A DNA stretch of 64,000 bases from Patescibacteria group bacterium. Its GTDB lineage: Bacteria > Patescibacteriota > Minisyncoccia > Phycocordibacterales > CAIZLB01. The first letter of the stretch is position 1; every line of letters starts with the position of its first letter. The DNA is taken from NCBI GenBank assembly GCA_040384865.1, contig JAZKIM010000004.1, positions 75,974 through 139,973 on the forward strand, read 5' to 3'. This document shows, piece by piece, positions 47,130 to 56,685 of this stretch. The translations under genes and the position numbers were made by a program. The notes below the pieces were generated by a model that ran no database searches, was not told where the DNA came from, and worked only from the letters and a program-made list of their open reading frames with translations.

Positions 47130-49316
47130 TTACTCAAAATGATTTTCTTCTCGCGTTTTTAGGATGTGAGCCAGGAGGCTATTTTCAGGTTTCAATAGTG
47201 TTGGATCGTTAGCGATAAGTGTTTGTGCCTCTTTGCGCGCAGCTTCTACCATTTTCAGATTCTTTATAGCCTCCATGGCAACATCAGAAATGCCCCACTG
47301 TTTTCCGACATATAGTTCGCCAGCTCCTCGCATCTGGAGATCAAGTTCGGAGAGCTCAAATCCATTTTTTGCTGTAACTAAAGCTTTGAGTCTTTCGACT
47401 GTCTTGTCACTTTTGCTTTCTGTTGCTACGAAACAATATGGTTGATGAGTTCCTCTGATGACGCGGCCCCGTAGCTGATGGAGCTGCGAGAGACCGAATC
47501 GCTCACCCCCTTCAATGAGGATAACGTTTGCGTTTGGAACATTTACCCCCACCTCGACCACGGACGTTGCAACGAGAATATCAATTTCGTGCTTGGCGAA
47601 GCGTTCCATGGTTGCTTCTTTTTCTGCAGGCTTCATTTTGCTGTGCAAAATATCTATTCGAGAATCCTTAAATACATCTTTTTTAAGACGCTTGGCTTCT
47701 TCTTTTACAGATTTAGCCAGTATGCTTTGTTCTTTGTCGGGATCGGGTTCGTCTATACGGGGACATATGACGTAGCATTGGCGGCCAGCTGCAAGCTCAA
47801 GGCGCATGCGGTCATAAGCTTTTTCTCGCTGGCCAATCGTACCAGCTATTTCTGTAAGTACTTTCTTTCGGCCGGCCGGCATCTGGTCGAGGATGGAAAG
47901 ATCGAGGTCTCCATATAAAGTGAGAGCGAGAGTGCGGGGAATTGGTGTGGCTGTCATTGAAAGAAGATGGGGTGTGACATCGTGTTTGCGCGCAAGTTTT
48001 TGACGTTGTGCGGTTCCAAAGCGATGTTGTTCATCGATGATGACGTATGCGAGGTCTTTGAACTTAACTGATTTTTGAATGAGGGCGTGCGTGCCGATGA
48101 CAACAGCAATCTCACCATTCGCTACCCATTTTAGAAATTGAGAACGAGAAATGTCAGTCCATCCGTTTGGGTTTATCTTAGATGGAAACTTTCTGCAACC
48201 ATTTCCAGTAATGAGGCCGATGGAAATGGGCATGTGTCGAAAAAGTTTTATGAACGATTCGAAATGTTGTCGAGCAAGAATTTCGGTTGGAGCCATGTAG
48301 CCTACTTGAAGGGTGCCGGCAACCCGGCCTTTTGGCCGTGTCGTTACGGCAGCATATGAAGTGACCGCTGCAACAGCTGTCTTTCCAGAGCCTACATCAC
48401 CTTCAAGTAGGCGAGACATGGGTTGACCTTTGGCGAAGTCTGCCAAGATATCCTCAACTGATTTTTGTTGTGCTTCGGTCAAGGGAAAGCCGAGACGTTC
48501 AATGAAATTGCTAACACCGACGCTCGCTGCCGGTTTGTCGATGATGAATGATTTCTCTTTTGCCTGAAGCGCGCGCGTTTGCTGATTTTTCAATTGAATG
48601 AAAAATACTTCTTCGAATGCAAAACGCTTTCGCGCCACTTCAGCGTCAGAATCTTTTTGTGGTGCATGCATCCACACGAGCGCAGTAGCAAGATTGGGTA
48701 GTTTATATCGTTCGCGAATGGCGGAGGGGATTGGGTCTGTGTCAGTAGCCTCGTTGCTAACCATGTCTTGAAATTCTTTTGTTTTGAATATGCGCTGGAG
48801 AGCGTGGAAGAACCAGCGTGACGTGATGCCTTTTGTTTCTGAGTAAACAGGAACGCCTACCGTTGGCGCTCCTTCACCAAAAAGTGATTTTCCTATATTT
48901 ACAGGAAGAACACCTATGGATTCGATTTCGGGATTGAGAAATGCAAGAACACCATTTCTGTCGGTAACCTTACCCGACACTTTTACCAAGCTGTCTGGCT
49001 GAATCAGTTTTGCAATATATGGTTGATGAAGCCATATGACTTTGACGCGAGAAGTGTCGTCTTCAATGAAACCTTCGGCCATAGGCATTCGACCACGAAA
49101 AGATTTGCTTGTTTTAAGGGAAGTGACTTTTCCAAATATTGTCGCCTGTTCGCCGCTTGTAAGATCGCGGATAAATTTTCCTGAGGCTGATTCGCCGTAG
49201 CGTAAGGGAAAATGATACAGTAGCTCCCCGACAGTTTGAAGGCCGATCTTTTGCAGTGCAGATCCTTGCTGCGGAGTAAGACGAAAAAGGTCAGAGAGAG
49301 GTGTCGAGAATAACAT
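47130..49316 (-). CDS. recG: ATP-dependent DNA helicase RecG
   Basis: RLLEGDVGSGKT, IIDEQHRFG, MTATPIPRTL, QLHQLRGRV. Confidence 0.98.
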   Translation of the reverse strand: MLFSTPLSDLFRLTPQQGSALQKIGLQTVGELLYHFPLRYGESASGKFIRDLTSGEQATIFGKVTSLKTSKSFRGRMPMAEGFIEDDTSRVKVIWLHQPYIAKLIQPDSLVKVSGKVTDRNGVLAFLNPEIESIGVLPVNIGKSLFGEGAPTVGVPVYSETKGITSRWFFHALQRIFKTKEFQDMVSNEATDTDPIPSAIRERYKLPNLATALVWMHAPQKDSDAEVARKRFAFEEVFFIQLKNQQTRALQAKEKSFIIDKPAASVGVSNFIERLGFPLTEAQQKSVEDILADFAKGQPMSRLLEGDVGSGKTAVAAVTSYAAVTTRPKGRVAGTLQVGYMAPTEILARQHFESFIKLFRHMPISIGLITGNGCRKFPSKINPNGWTDISRSQFLKWVANGEIAVVIGTHALIQKSVKFKDLAYVIIDEQHRFGTAQRQKLARKHDVTPHLLSMTATPIPRTLALTLYGDLDLSILDQMPAGRKKVLTEIAGTIGQREKAYDRMRLELAAGRQCYVICPRIDEPDPDKEQSILAKSVKEEAKRLKKDVFKDSRIDILHSKMKPAEKEATMERFAKHEIDILVATSVVEVGVNVPNANVILIEGGERFGLSQLHQLRGRVIRGTHQPYCFVATESKSDKTVERLKALVTAKNGFELSELDLQMRGAGELYVGKQWGISDVAMEAIKNLKMVEAARKEAQTLIANDPTLLKPENSLLAHILKTREENHFE

Positions 49317-49708
49317 TATGCAATTGGTGAAATAGGAGGGTTAGGACCAATGACTCGAACTCGAGGGTAATAGCGAATGGTAAGTGAAAGGGCAAGGGCT
49401 AATACAGGGGTAACAGAAAGTATGAAATGAAGTTTAGTGATATTGATCAGTATTGCCAAACTAAGAAGGGCGGTGGCAATGAGATTTGCAAGAAATTTCT
49501 TTCGGTTGGAGATGATCCAAACTGCCATAACGAGACTTAAGAATCCTCCAATTCCGACAAGTGCGGTGATGTCGGTGCTCCAATATGATAGACGAGGGTA
49601 ATATGAAGTAGCTTCAATCGGACGGAAAAAGGCTATCAGGGTCGCGTAGACGAATGAGAGAGAAAGCCCTATCTTCTGTACCAAACTGGCCAAAGATTGT
49701 CTGAGCAT
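49316..49708 (-). CDS. Small membrane protein
   Basis: About four hydrophobic segments; stop codon overlaps the recG start. Confidence 0.65.
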   Translation of the reverse strand: MLRQSLASLVQKIGLSLSFVYATLIAFFRPIEATSYYPRLSYWSTDITALVGIGGFLSLVMAVWIISNRKKFLANLIATALLSLAILINITKLHFILSVTPVLALALSLTIRYYPRVRVIGPNPPISPIA

Positions 49709-49733
49709 GGGTAATTGTTATTATAACCGTCTT

Positions 49734-50564
49734 TTAGGCAGTTTTCCACCCTTGGGTAACATGCTTAAGTAAACCTTCTTTTCTCATAGATTTAAGATTT
49801 GAAGTTATTGCCTCAGAGTCACCTAAAACTTTTTTAATAATCTGCTCTGTAGATTGGGCTTTTGAAGAGGACAATATATGTTTGATTATGCGTGAACGCA
49901 ATTCTCTGTTTGAACCGATGAATTTTGATTGTTTTTTATAGTGTTTACTTTTGCGATGAACTGATCGAGTATTAGCATCGACAGATTTTTTCAACATGGT
50001 TCCATAATCATAGAGGGCGTAATACCACTCACGTGGATTTGAATAGTCGAATGTTTTTTCGACCAGCTCGCGGATCATAGTATCAGGTACTGATGAAATA
50101 TCTTTGAAGAAAAAATGGAGAAAAACTGAACGGATATTAGTTTCGACGAAGATCGCTGGTAGGTTATATGCAAAAGCTAGCAGTGCCCCAGCTGTCGACT
50201 GTCCAATTCCTGGTAACTTTAACAATTCTTCCTGTGTTTGAGGAAACTTTCCATTGTGATCATTTGCTACTGTTTTTGCTGTCTTTTTTAAATATAACGC
50301 GCGTCGATTGTATCCCAATCCTTGCCACTCAAGGAGTACTTCTTGCAAGGGGGCTGTGGCTAGTATTTTGATTGATGGAAATTTCTTCAAGAAACTTCTA
50401 TATTTCTCTAGTACGCGGCCGACTTGTGTCTGTTGCAACATCATCTCGGAAACAAGAATTTTATATGGGTCACGGGTGCGTCGCCAAGGGAGAGAGCGGC
50501 GATGTTCGGCGTGATATCCCCATATGACTTTTTGAAATTGCTTGATTGAGGGTTTGATTATCAT
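49734..50564 (-). CDS. mutY: A/G-specific adenine glycosylase lacking Fe-S cysteines
   Basis: LPWRRTRDPYKILVSEMMLQQTQV, WQGLGYNRRA, HhH LPGIGQSTA. Confidence 0.92.
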   Translation of the reverse strand: MIIKPSIKQFQKVIWGYHAEHRRSLPWRRTRDPYKILVSEMMLQQTQVGRVLEKYRSFLKKFPSIKILATAPLQEVLLEWQGLGYNRRALYLKKTAKTVANDHNGKFPQTQEELLKLPGIGQSTAGALLAFAYNLPAIFVETNIRSVFLHFFFKDISSVPDTMIRELVEKTFDYSNPREWYYALYDYGTMLKKSVDANTRSVHRKSKHYKKQSKFIGSNRELRSRIIKHILSSSKAQSTEQIIKKVLGDSEAITSNLKSMRKEGLLKHVTQGWKTA

Positions 50565-50602
50565 CTTAATCAAAAAAACATGAATACTGCTATAATGTGG
50601 CT

Positions 50603-51001
50603 ATGAATCAAAAAACAGCATTGGCGATTATAATAGCATTATTCGTTATTTTCGGTTTGGCATACTATTCTTTTAATTCTATTGGAAATTCTAATCCAAC
50701 CAACTCTCCGGATGTTCCACAACAAGTTAGCCTACAGGGTGAATATGTTTGTCTTCCTCATAAGGATAAGACAGGACCTCAAACTATGGAGTGTACTCTT
50801 GGAATAAAAACAGACAACAATATCTATTACGCAATTGACGCTCAGGGAGAGGCAGCTCGTAATGTCCTACTATCACTTCAGACGGGATTAAAAATTCAGA
50901 TTGATGGAACACTCGCGCCGATTGAAGAGATCAATATAGAGACGTGGCAGAAATATGATATCGGAGGAATTATCAGCACCAGTAATATAAAGAGAATCTA
51001 A
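50603..51001 (+). CDS. Membrane-anchored hypothetical protein
   Basis: N-terminal TM; CLPHK..MECTLGI; TGCTATAAT 6 nt upstream. Confidence 0.7.
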   Translation: MNQKTALAIIIALFVIFGLAYYSFNSIGNSNPTNSPDVPQQVSLQGEYVCLPHKDKTGPQTMECTLGIKTDNNIYYAIDAQGEAARNVLLSLQTGLKIQIDGTLAPIEEINIETWQKYDIGGIISTSNIKRI

Positions 51002-51549
51002 TCTTTTAGAGATTCCGCGAAGGTGAGCAGATGCGTGCCAACGAGTACAGCGTCTGCTTCTTTGTGTATGTCGGCAGTCATCTTTATATTACTTGCCTGA
51101 CATAGCCACCCCTTGAATATTTTACGAGCTTCTGCAAAAGTTTCTTTTTTGATTGAGCCGTCTGATAAGTCTCTACTATTCCAAACAACCTTTAGGTTTT
51201 CTGGAATAGTTTGAAGTTCTTCGAGAGTCATTGGCTCAATTAAACATTTTTCTGGATGAATATTGGGAATGCGTCCAACTACAAGTATATAATCAGCTCC
51301 GGCGTCGAGAGCTTCCTGGATTTCCATATCTGTAGCATGAATACCCTTAGCCAAAATTGGTTTAGTAGTCATTGTTTTTGCCTTTCTAATTAAATCAAAC
51401 GACCCACCCCAGCGAGGGTCGGTATGAATGGAGATGATATCGCCGATTTCATTTGCAACCGCAAAAATCTCATCCCAGCTTTTATTGGATTTGAAACCAA
51501 AAGGAGACTGAGTTTTTACTTCGGCTATTATTTGAGTGGTTTTGTACAT
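50998..51549 (-). CDS. Truncated indole-3-glycerol phosphate synthase (TrpC)-like TIM barrel
   Basis: IIAEVKTQSP, PILAKG, AGADYILV, WNSRDL, ADAVLVGT. Confidence 0.75.
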   Translation of the reverse strand: MYKTTQIIAEVKTQSPFGFKSNKSWDEIFAVANEIGDIISIHTDPRWGGSFDLIRKAKTMTTKPILAKGIHATDMEIQEALDAGADYILVVGRIPNIHPEKCLIEPMTLEELQTIPENLKVVWNSRDLSDGSIKKETFAEARKIFKGWLCQASNIKMTADIHKEADAVLVGTHLLTFAESLKD

Positions 51550-51584
51550 GATAATGAAGAAGTCTTTGGTCTAGAAGTGTAATT

Positions 51585-52157
51585 CTAGGATAGTAGTGCT
51601 AAGGCAGTATCCCAAGCCTTGTCGGCAGTTTCAAACACTGCATACCCATATTTTTCGGATTCTTCTTTGTAGCGAGGTCTTTCTCCGTTAAAAAACGCAT
51701 CCGCTTCTAATTTTTGTAGCTCTTCGGTTTTGCCCCATCGAGGCTCTTTTTTGTTTCTTTCTAGGGTTTCTTTAAAAGATTTTCCTATAATGGTAATCCC
51801 TTCCATTTTTAAATCTCTATGAGCAAGATGAGGCATGATATTTACTCCCTCAAAGATCACAGGCTTACTCTCATCGTCATACTGGTGAATCTTTTTTAAT
51901 ACTCCTGGCCAAAATTCTTCTGACTGCTTTGTGAGATCCTCCCACCTTTTGTCGTGGCTGGTTGTGGTGTAGTAAGTGTATTCATCTTGGTCTAAGTAAA
52001 AGTTAACCCACTTTCTGTATCTTTCATCCTCGGTCAAGTCTTCTCTAAAGTCATCGATCGAAACACAAATTCCACCTACCGCTTCTGCAAGTTTTTTTGC
52101 GAGATAAGATTTTCCCGCTGTCGGCATTCCGGTTATAAAAATTCGTTTTTTTATCAT
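51585..52157 (-). CDS. P-loop small-molecule kinase
   Basis: IFITGMPTAGKSYLAKKLA, VSIDDFR, VIFEG. Confidence 0.75.
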   Translation of the reverse strand: MIKKRIFITGMPTAGKSYLAKKLAEAVGGICVSIDDFREDLTEDERYRKWVNFYLDQDEYTYYTTTSHDKRWEDLTKQSEEFWPGVLKKIHQYDDESKPVIFEGVNIMPHLAHRDLKMEGITIIGKSFKETLERNKKEPRWGKTEELQKLEADAFFNGERPRYKEESEKYGYAVFETADKAWDTALALLS

Positions 52158-52186
52158 AATCGGAATCCTTTCGGTGTCCGTCTATT

Positions 52187-52843
52187 TTAGCACCATTTCG
52201 GGGATTCAAATGAGATATGTGGGTCAGAGGCAAAAATATCAAAAGTGAGAATATCATCGGTATAATTGACATGTCGGCTTTTCTTACTCCCTTCAGAAAC
52301 CTTTACATTTCTAAACACTTTCTTAAGAAGAGTTTCTATGTACTCAATTGTGTAGGAATAAGTGGGCACATCAATTTCCTCTCTGTTAAAAATTCCTCCT
52401 TTTGTATTGTAACTTAAGAGCAAAAAACCTCTTGGCTTCAAAGCACTTCTGATTTTGTCGATTAGAAAATCTAGCTCTTGAAGATTGAGATACTGGATCA
52501 CTCGCGCCACTATGACGGCTTGATATTGTGACGTTTTGTAAGGGTATTCCAGGAGGTTTGTTTTTCTGAAATGTATTCTTTTCCTTAAATCATCGGGTAG
52601 ATTTTCCTCCCATTGCAAATCGATAACGTCAAAACAATCTACATTTACCCCTCGTTTTGCGAGATATATGGAATTTCGACCATTGCCGCATCCTACGTCG
52701 AGGATATAATCATCGGTGAGCAGTTTATTTTGATATTTTGAAACAAGCACACTGGGTACAAGAGTTTCTATACTGAATTTTTTATCTTCCCATGCTTTTT
52801 CCCATTTATGCTTTTTCATATCAATTCTAGCTACTCGGGCCAT
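52187..52843 (-). CDS. Class I SAM-dependent methyltransferase (TehB-like)
   Basis: ILDVGCGNGRNSIYLAKRG, ALKPRG. Confidence 0.85.
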   Translation of the reverse strand: MARVARIDMKKHKWEKAWEDKKFSIETLVPSVLVSKYQNKLLTDDYILDVGCGNGRNSIYLAKRGVNVDCFDVIDLQWEENLPDDLRKRIHFRKTNLLEYPYKTSQYQAVIVARVIQYLNLQELDFLIDKIRSALKPRGFLLLSYNTKGGIFNREEIDVPTYSYTIEYIETLLKKVFRNVKVSEGSKKSRHVNYTDDILTFDIFASDPHISFESPKWC

Positions 52844-52864
52844 GTCGATACTGAGTTCTTAATG

Positions 52865-52953
52865 CGGAGAGTGAGGGATTTGAACCCTCGAGAGGTTTTA
52901 ACACCCCTACCTCGTTAGCAGTGAGGCGCTTTCGACCACTCAGCCAACTCTCC
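52865..52953 (-). tRNA. tRNA-Ser(GCU), CCA not encoded
   Basis: GGAGAGT acceptor, anticodon loop CT GCT AA, long variable arm, GAGGG-TTCAAAT-CCCTC T-arm. Confidence 0.95.
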
Positions 52954-53008
52954 ATTGGGCATTACCTTATCATATTTTCTAGCGGCATGCGAATAGATAA
53001 ATAAAGGG

Positions 53009-53746
53009 TTAATGTGTGAGGGATACACAGTATATGTGTGTTGCACCTGCCGTCTGAAGGGCCCGAGCACAATCTCTCATTGTTGCGCCAGTGGTTACTA
53101 CATCATCAATTAGAATTACTCCCTTTTCATTAATATGTTTTTTTACTTCAAATTTACCGCGGGCATGTATAATCCGCGCGGCTCGGTTTGAAGTTTTACT
53201 TTGTTGAAGTAATGATTGCGCCGCTTCGGGGGAGATGGACAAAAGATCTGGAGAGGAGTTGGGTAGGATAAAATTAATTAATAACGGTTTTAATGCAATT
53301 GCTATTTCTTGCATATGATCAACGGCACGTTCACGAAGGGAGTACGCTGTGGAAGGAACCGCTGTTAACATTAATTTGCCTTCCATTGGACTTATACAAT
53401 CAGTTAGTCTTGCAACCAGCTCATCTGCTAGTAAATGTGCGCAAAGAGAAACTGCTTCACTGTTGTTATCATATTTTACTGCCCAAACAAGTCCTTTTAA
53501 TGGCTCGTATTTATATTGTCCGCAATACCATCCGCTCACTCTGGTAAGAGTAGTTTTTGGTAATTCGGCCGCGGTAGAGCGAACATGTTCGTATATATGA
53601 TGTTGAGCAATGGGAGGGCGCCGTTGATGTTTTCTTTTGCTCGGATAGAGCAGTTCTATCAAAAGTTTCAAATAGTTATTGGCAAAAGATAGAAGGTAGT
53701 AAGATTTCCCGATCTTATCCCTACTTTTCCAGTTTTCCATTTTCAT
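53009..53746 (-). CDS. comF: ComF family phosphoribosyltransferase-like competence protein
   Basis: AVKY, VPST, ILIDDVVTTGATM; divergent from pilM; exact start uncertain. Confidence 0.85.
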   Translation of the reverse strand: MKMENWKSRDKIGKSYYLLSFANNYLKLLIELLYPSKRKHQRRPPIAQHHIYEHVRSTAAELPKTTLTRVSGWYCGQYKYEPLKGLVWAVKYDNNSEAVSLCAHLLADELVARLTDCISPMEGKLMLTAVPSTAYSLRERAVDHMQEIAIALKPLLINFILPNSSPDLLSISPEAAQSLLQQSKTSNRAARIIHARGKFEVKKHINEKGVILIDDVVTTGATMRDCARALQTAGATHIYCVSLTH

Positions 53747-53797
53747 TAGACAGTGTGATGTTATATACTAAAGATTGAATACAGCCTAAATCAGGTC

Positions 53798-54934
53798 ATG
53801 CCAAATTTTCTTCAAAATTTTCTAAAGAAAACAAGCGACAGTGTCGTTGGTATTGATATTGGGTCTTCTTCTGTTAAGGTGGTGCAGCTCAGAAAGAAAA
53901 AAGGTCGAGCCGTCCTTGAAACTTATGGGGAGCTTTCTTTAGGTCCCTACGGTGGTCTTACAGTAGGTCAGGTAACCAATCTTCCACCTGAAAAAATAGC
54001 TGAAGCTATAAAAGATGTTCTCCGTGAGGCCAATGTTACTAGTTTGGTGAGCGGGGTATCTATCCCGTTTCGATCAAGCCTCATATCTCTCATCCAGCTT
54101 CCAGCTGGAGCTAATGAAAAACAGCTTCAGGAAATGATTCCCATTGAGGCACGAAAATATATTCCCGTACCTATTAATGAAGTAACTCTCGATTGGTGGG
54201 TGGTGCCAAGTGAGACTGACAGCGGTCTTGGATATGTTGAAAGCGAAACAGACGAATTGACGACAACCACTCCTTCAAATGAGATTAAAAAGACTGATGT
54301 ACTGGTTGTTTCTATCCATAACGAAGTACTTAGTAATTACAACGCGATTGTTAAACAAGCCGCTCTTGATGCTGGTTTCTTTGAGATTGAAATGTTTAGC
54401 GCTACACGTTCACTCCTTGCAGGAGAGACAACCCCTATCATGATTTTTGATCTTGGTGCCTCTGCAACGAAGATATATATTCTCGAGCGGGGAGTGGTAA
54501 AATATTCTCATATTATTAACCGCGGTTCACAGGATATAACAGTCAGTATTTCAAAAGGTCTCAATCTAACGTTTGAGCAGGCAGAACATATTAAACGAAC
54601 TTTAGGCACAGGTGTTACCGCTGATGAAAAAGCTGTGTACGATATAATCTCACTTACCCTCGACTTTATTTTCTCAGAAGCAAATAGTGTAATCCTCAAT
54701 TATCAAAAGCGATATAATAAGGCAATTAGTAAGGTCGTGCTCACTGGTGGCGGGGTTGCTATGAAGGGAGTGTTCGAGCTTGCCCGAGCAAACTTTCAGA
54801 CAGAAGTAGCGATTGGTGAGCCTTTTCTTAAGGTGGAGTCTCCGGCTTTTCTTGACGACGTACTCAAAGCTACTGGCTTAGAGTTTGCTGTTGCTATTGG
54901 TATCGCATTGCGAAAACTTCAGGAACTTCCATAA
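53798..54934 (+). CDS. pilM: Type IV pilus assembly protein PilM
   Basis: VGIDIGSSSVKVVQL, EARKYIP, DLGASAT, LTGGG, AVAIGIALR. Confidence 0.93.
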   Translation: MPNFLQNFLKKTSDSVVGIDIGSSSVKVVQLRKKKGRAVLETYGELSLGPYGGLTVGQVTNLPPEKIAEAIKDVLREANVTSLVSGVSIPFRSSLISLIQLPAGANEKQLQEMIPIEARKYIPVPINEVTLDWWVVPSETDSGLGYVESETDELTTTTPSNEIKKTDVLVVSIHNEVLSNYNAIVKQAALDAGFFEIEMFSATRSLLAGETTPIMIFDLGASATKIYILERGVVKYSHIINRGSQDITVSISKGLNLTFEQAEHIKRTLGTGVTADEKAVYDIISLTLDFIFSEANSVILNYQKRYNKAISKVVLTGGGVAMKGVFELARANFQTEVAIGEPFLKVESPAFLDDVLKATGLEFAVAIGIALRKLQELP

Positions 54935-55019
54935 TTGAGATATACACAAAAAGTTGAAAACTTTGTTGAAGTTAAGCGACGCAAGGTGATATACTAATCA
55001 TTGAAAACTTCTTACGTAC

Positions 55020-55685
55020 ATGGAGACAAAATTCCAAACATCTTTTATCCCAAAACAACCGGTTACTGAAACCCGTGTTCACAGTTCAGGTGGAAATTTT
55101 TTCTTCCTCGTCTCCTTTATCCTCTTTATGGTAAGTGTTGCTATTGCTGGTGCCGCCTTTCTCTATGATCAATTGGTAGAAAACAATATCTCGAAGGGTA
55201 ACGCTCAGCTTCGGTTGAACGAAAACGCCTTTGATTCAACTACTATTCAGCAGCTTACCCGTCTTAACGATCGCATCAATGCCGCTCAGAACCTTTTGCG
55301 CCAGCATATTGCCTTCTCTAATTTCTTCGGTGCTCTTGAGCGAGCTACTTTGCGAAATGTTGTGTATAAGAACTTCAGCTATGCTTACGGCGGAGGTGAA
55401 AAAATATCTATTTCCATGCTTGGTCTTGCTGGACGGGGTCCTGCCAGTAGCTACGAAACAGTAGCTCTTCAGGCAAAGGCATTTACTGACCCGTCACTTC
55501 GAAATGTTTTTCGTAGTCCTATTCTTACTGACGTAGCTCTTGATGCACAAGGGAACGCCAGTTTCTCATTCTCGGCATCAATCGATCCTATTCTTGTTTC
55601 TTTCTACAGACTCCGAAAGGAAGAAGCTGCAGCAGCCGGTGCTGTTGTAGATACCGACGATGAAGCTAATTCTCCGCAACAATAA
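55020..55685 (+). CDS. PilN-like pilus assembly protein
   Basis: FQTSFIPK, single TM, coiled coil; follows pilM. Confidence 0.7.
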   Translation: METKFQTSFIPKQPVTETRVHSSGGNFFFLVSFILFMVSVAIAGAAFLYDQLVENNISKGNAQLRLNENAFDSTTIQQLTRLNDRINAAQNLLRQHIAFSNFFGALERATLRNVVYKNFSYAYGGGEKISISMLGLAGRGPASSYETVALQAKAFTDPSLRNVFRSPILTDVALDAQGNASFSFSASIDPILVSFYRLRKEEAAAAGAVVDTDDEANSPQQ

Positions 55686-55686
55686 T

Positions 55687-56223
55687 ATGAAATTTATATT
55701 TCCCATACTATTCATAATCGTAGCCGTAGGTATCTTTATTGGCTACACCAACCCTTTGTATCAGGAGATTAAGGCGAAGCAGGTAGAGCTCAATACTATC
55801 GCGGAGGCTAACAAAAAAGCGACACAGTTACGTGCAGTCCGAGAGTCATTGACTAATGAGCGTAATCAAATATCTCAGGTTGATATTGACCGCCTCCAGA
55901 AAATGCTTCCAGACGGGGTTGAAAACGTTCGTCTCATTATCGATATTAATAACATTGCTGCTAAATATGGCATGACTATTAAGAGTACTCGAACTAATCA
56001 AGGGTCGGTTGATAAGGGTGGGGCAGTTGGCCCAGATGCCAATCGGTACGGTACGATCTCTCTTTCGTTTATGGTTACCAATTCATATGAAAATTTCCAG
56101 GTGTTCCTTAAGGATCTTGAGAACAGCCTCCGTATTGTTGATGTAACAGCTCTGTCATTCAATTCTTCGAATGAGAACAAGTATGACTTCAACGTTACGA
56201 TTCAAACTTATTGGTTAAAATAA
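55687..56223 (+). CDS. pilO: PilO-like pilus assembly protein
   Basis: TM, coiled coil, KMLPD, FLKDLENSLRIVDV. Confidence 0.8.
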   Translation: MKFIFPILFIIVAVGIFIGYTNPLYQEIKAKQVELNTIAEANKKATQLRAVRESLTNERNQISQVDIDRLQKMLPDGVENVRLIIDINNIAAKYGMTIKSTRTNQGSVDKGGAVGPDANRYGTISLSFMVTNSYENFQVFLKDLENSLRIVDVTALSFNSSNENKYDFNVTIQTYWLK

Positions 56224-56228
56224 TACCC

Positions 56229-56672
56229 ATGCTTTCAATAATCTCATCGCATAAAAAAACCATCATCGGGATCATAATCATAGTCCTTTTGTTTATTGGC
56301 TACGCTGCTTTTGTTCCAAAGAGTTCTTCGCCGGACGGTACACTTACTCGACAGAATACGACAGGTAATACTGGTACGGCTTCTGATCCAAACAGTCCTG
56401 GTGCACAATTTGTGTCCCAGCTTTTGGCAATACAAAATATTCATTTCAATCTCGATCTGTTCAAGGATCCTGCTTATGCATATTTGCAGGATTTCAGTCG
56501 AGAGCTTACACCACAGGAAGTGGGAAGGGATAATCCTTTTGCGCCACTTGAGGGTGGTTCTGGGTCTGGTAATTTTGTAACTGAGTCAGGTGCTTCCTTC
56601 GTCAATACCTCTGAAGGCACTACTTCTGTGAAAACCCCAGCAAAGACAACAGGCGGTGCAACTCGTCGGTAA
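56229..56672 (+). CDS. Membrane-anchored pilus accessory protein (PilP-like position)
   Basis: TM plus GRDNPFAP motif. Confidence 0.6.
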   Translation: MLSIISSHKKTIIGIIIIVLLFIGYAAFVPKSSSPDGTLTRQNTTGNTGTASDPNSPGAQFVSQLLAIQNIHFNLDLFKDPAYAYLQDFSRELTPQEVGRDNPFAPLEGGSGSGNFVTESGASFVNTSEGTTSVKTPAKTTGGATRR

Positions 56673-56685
56673 TAACTGATGTAGC

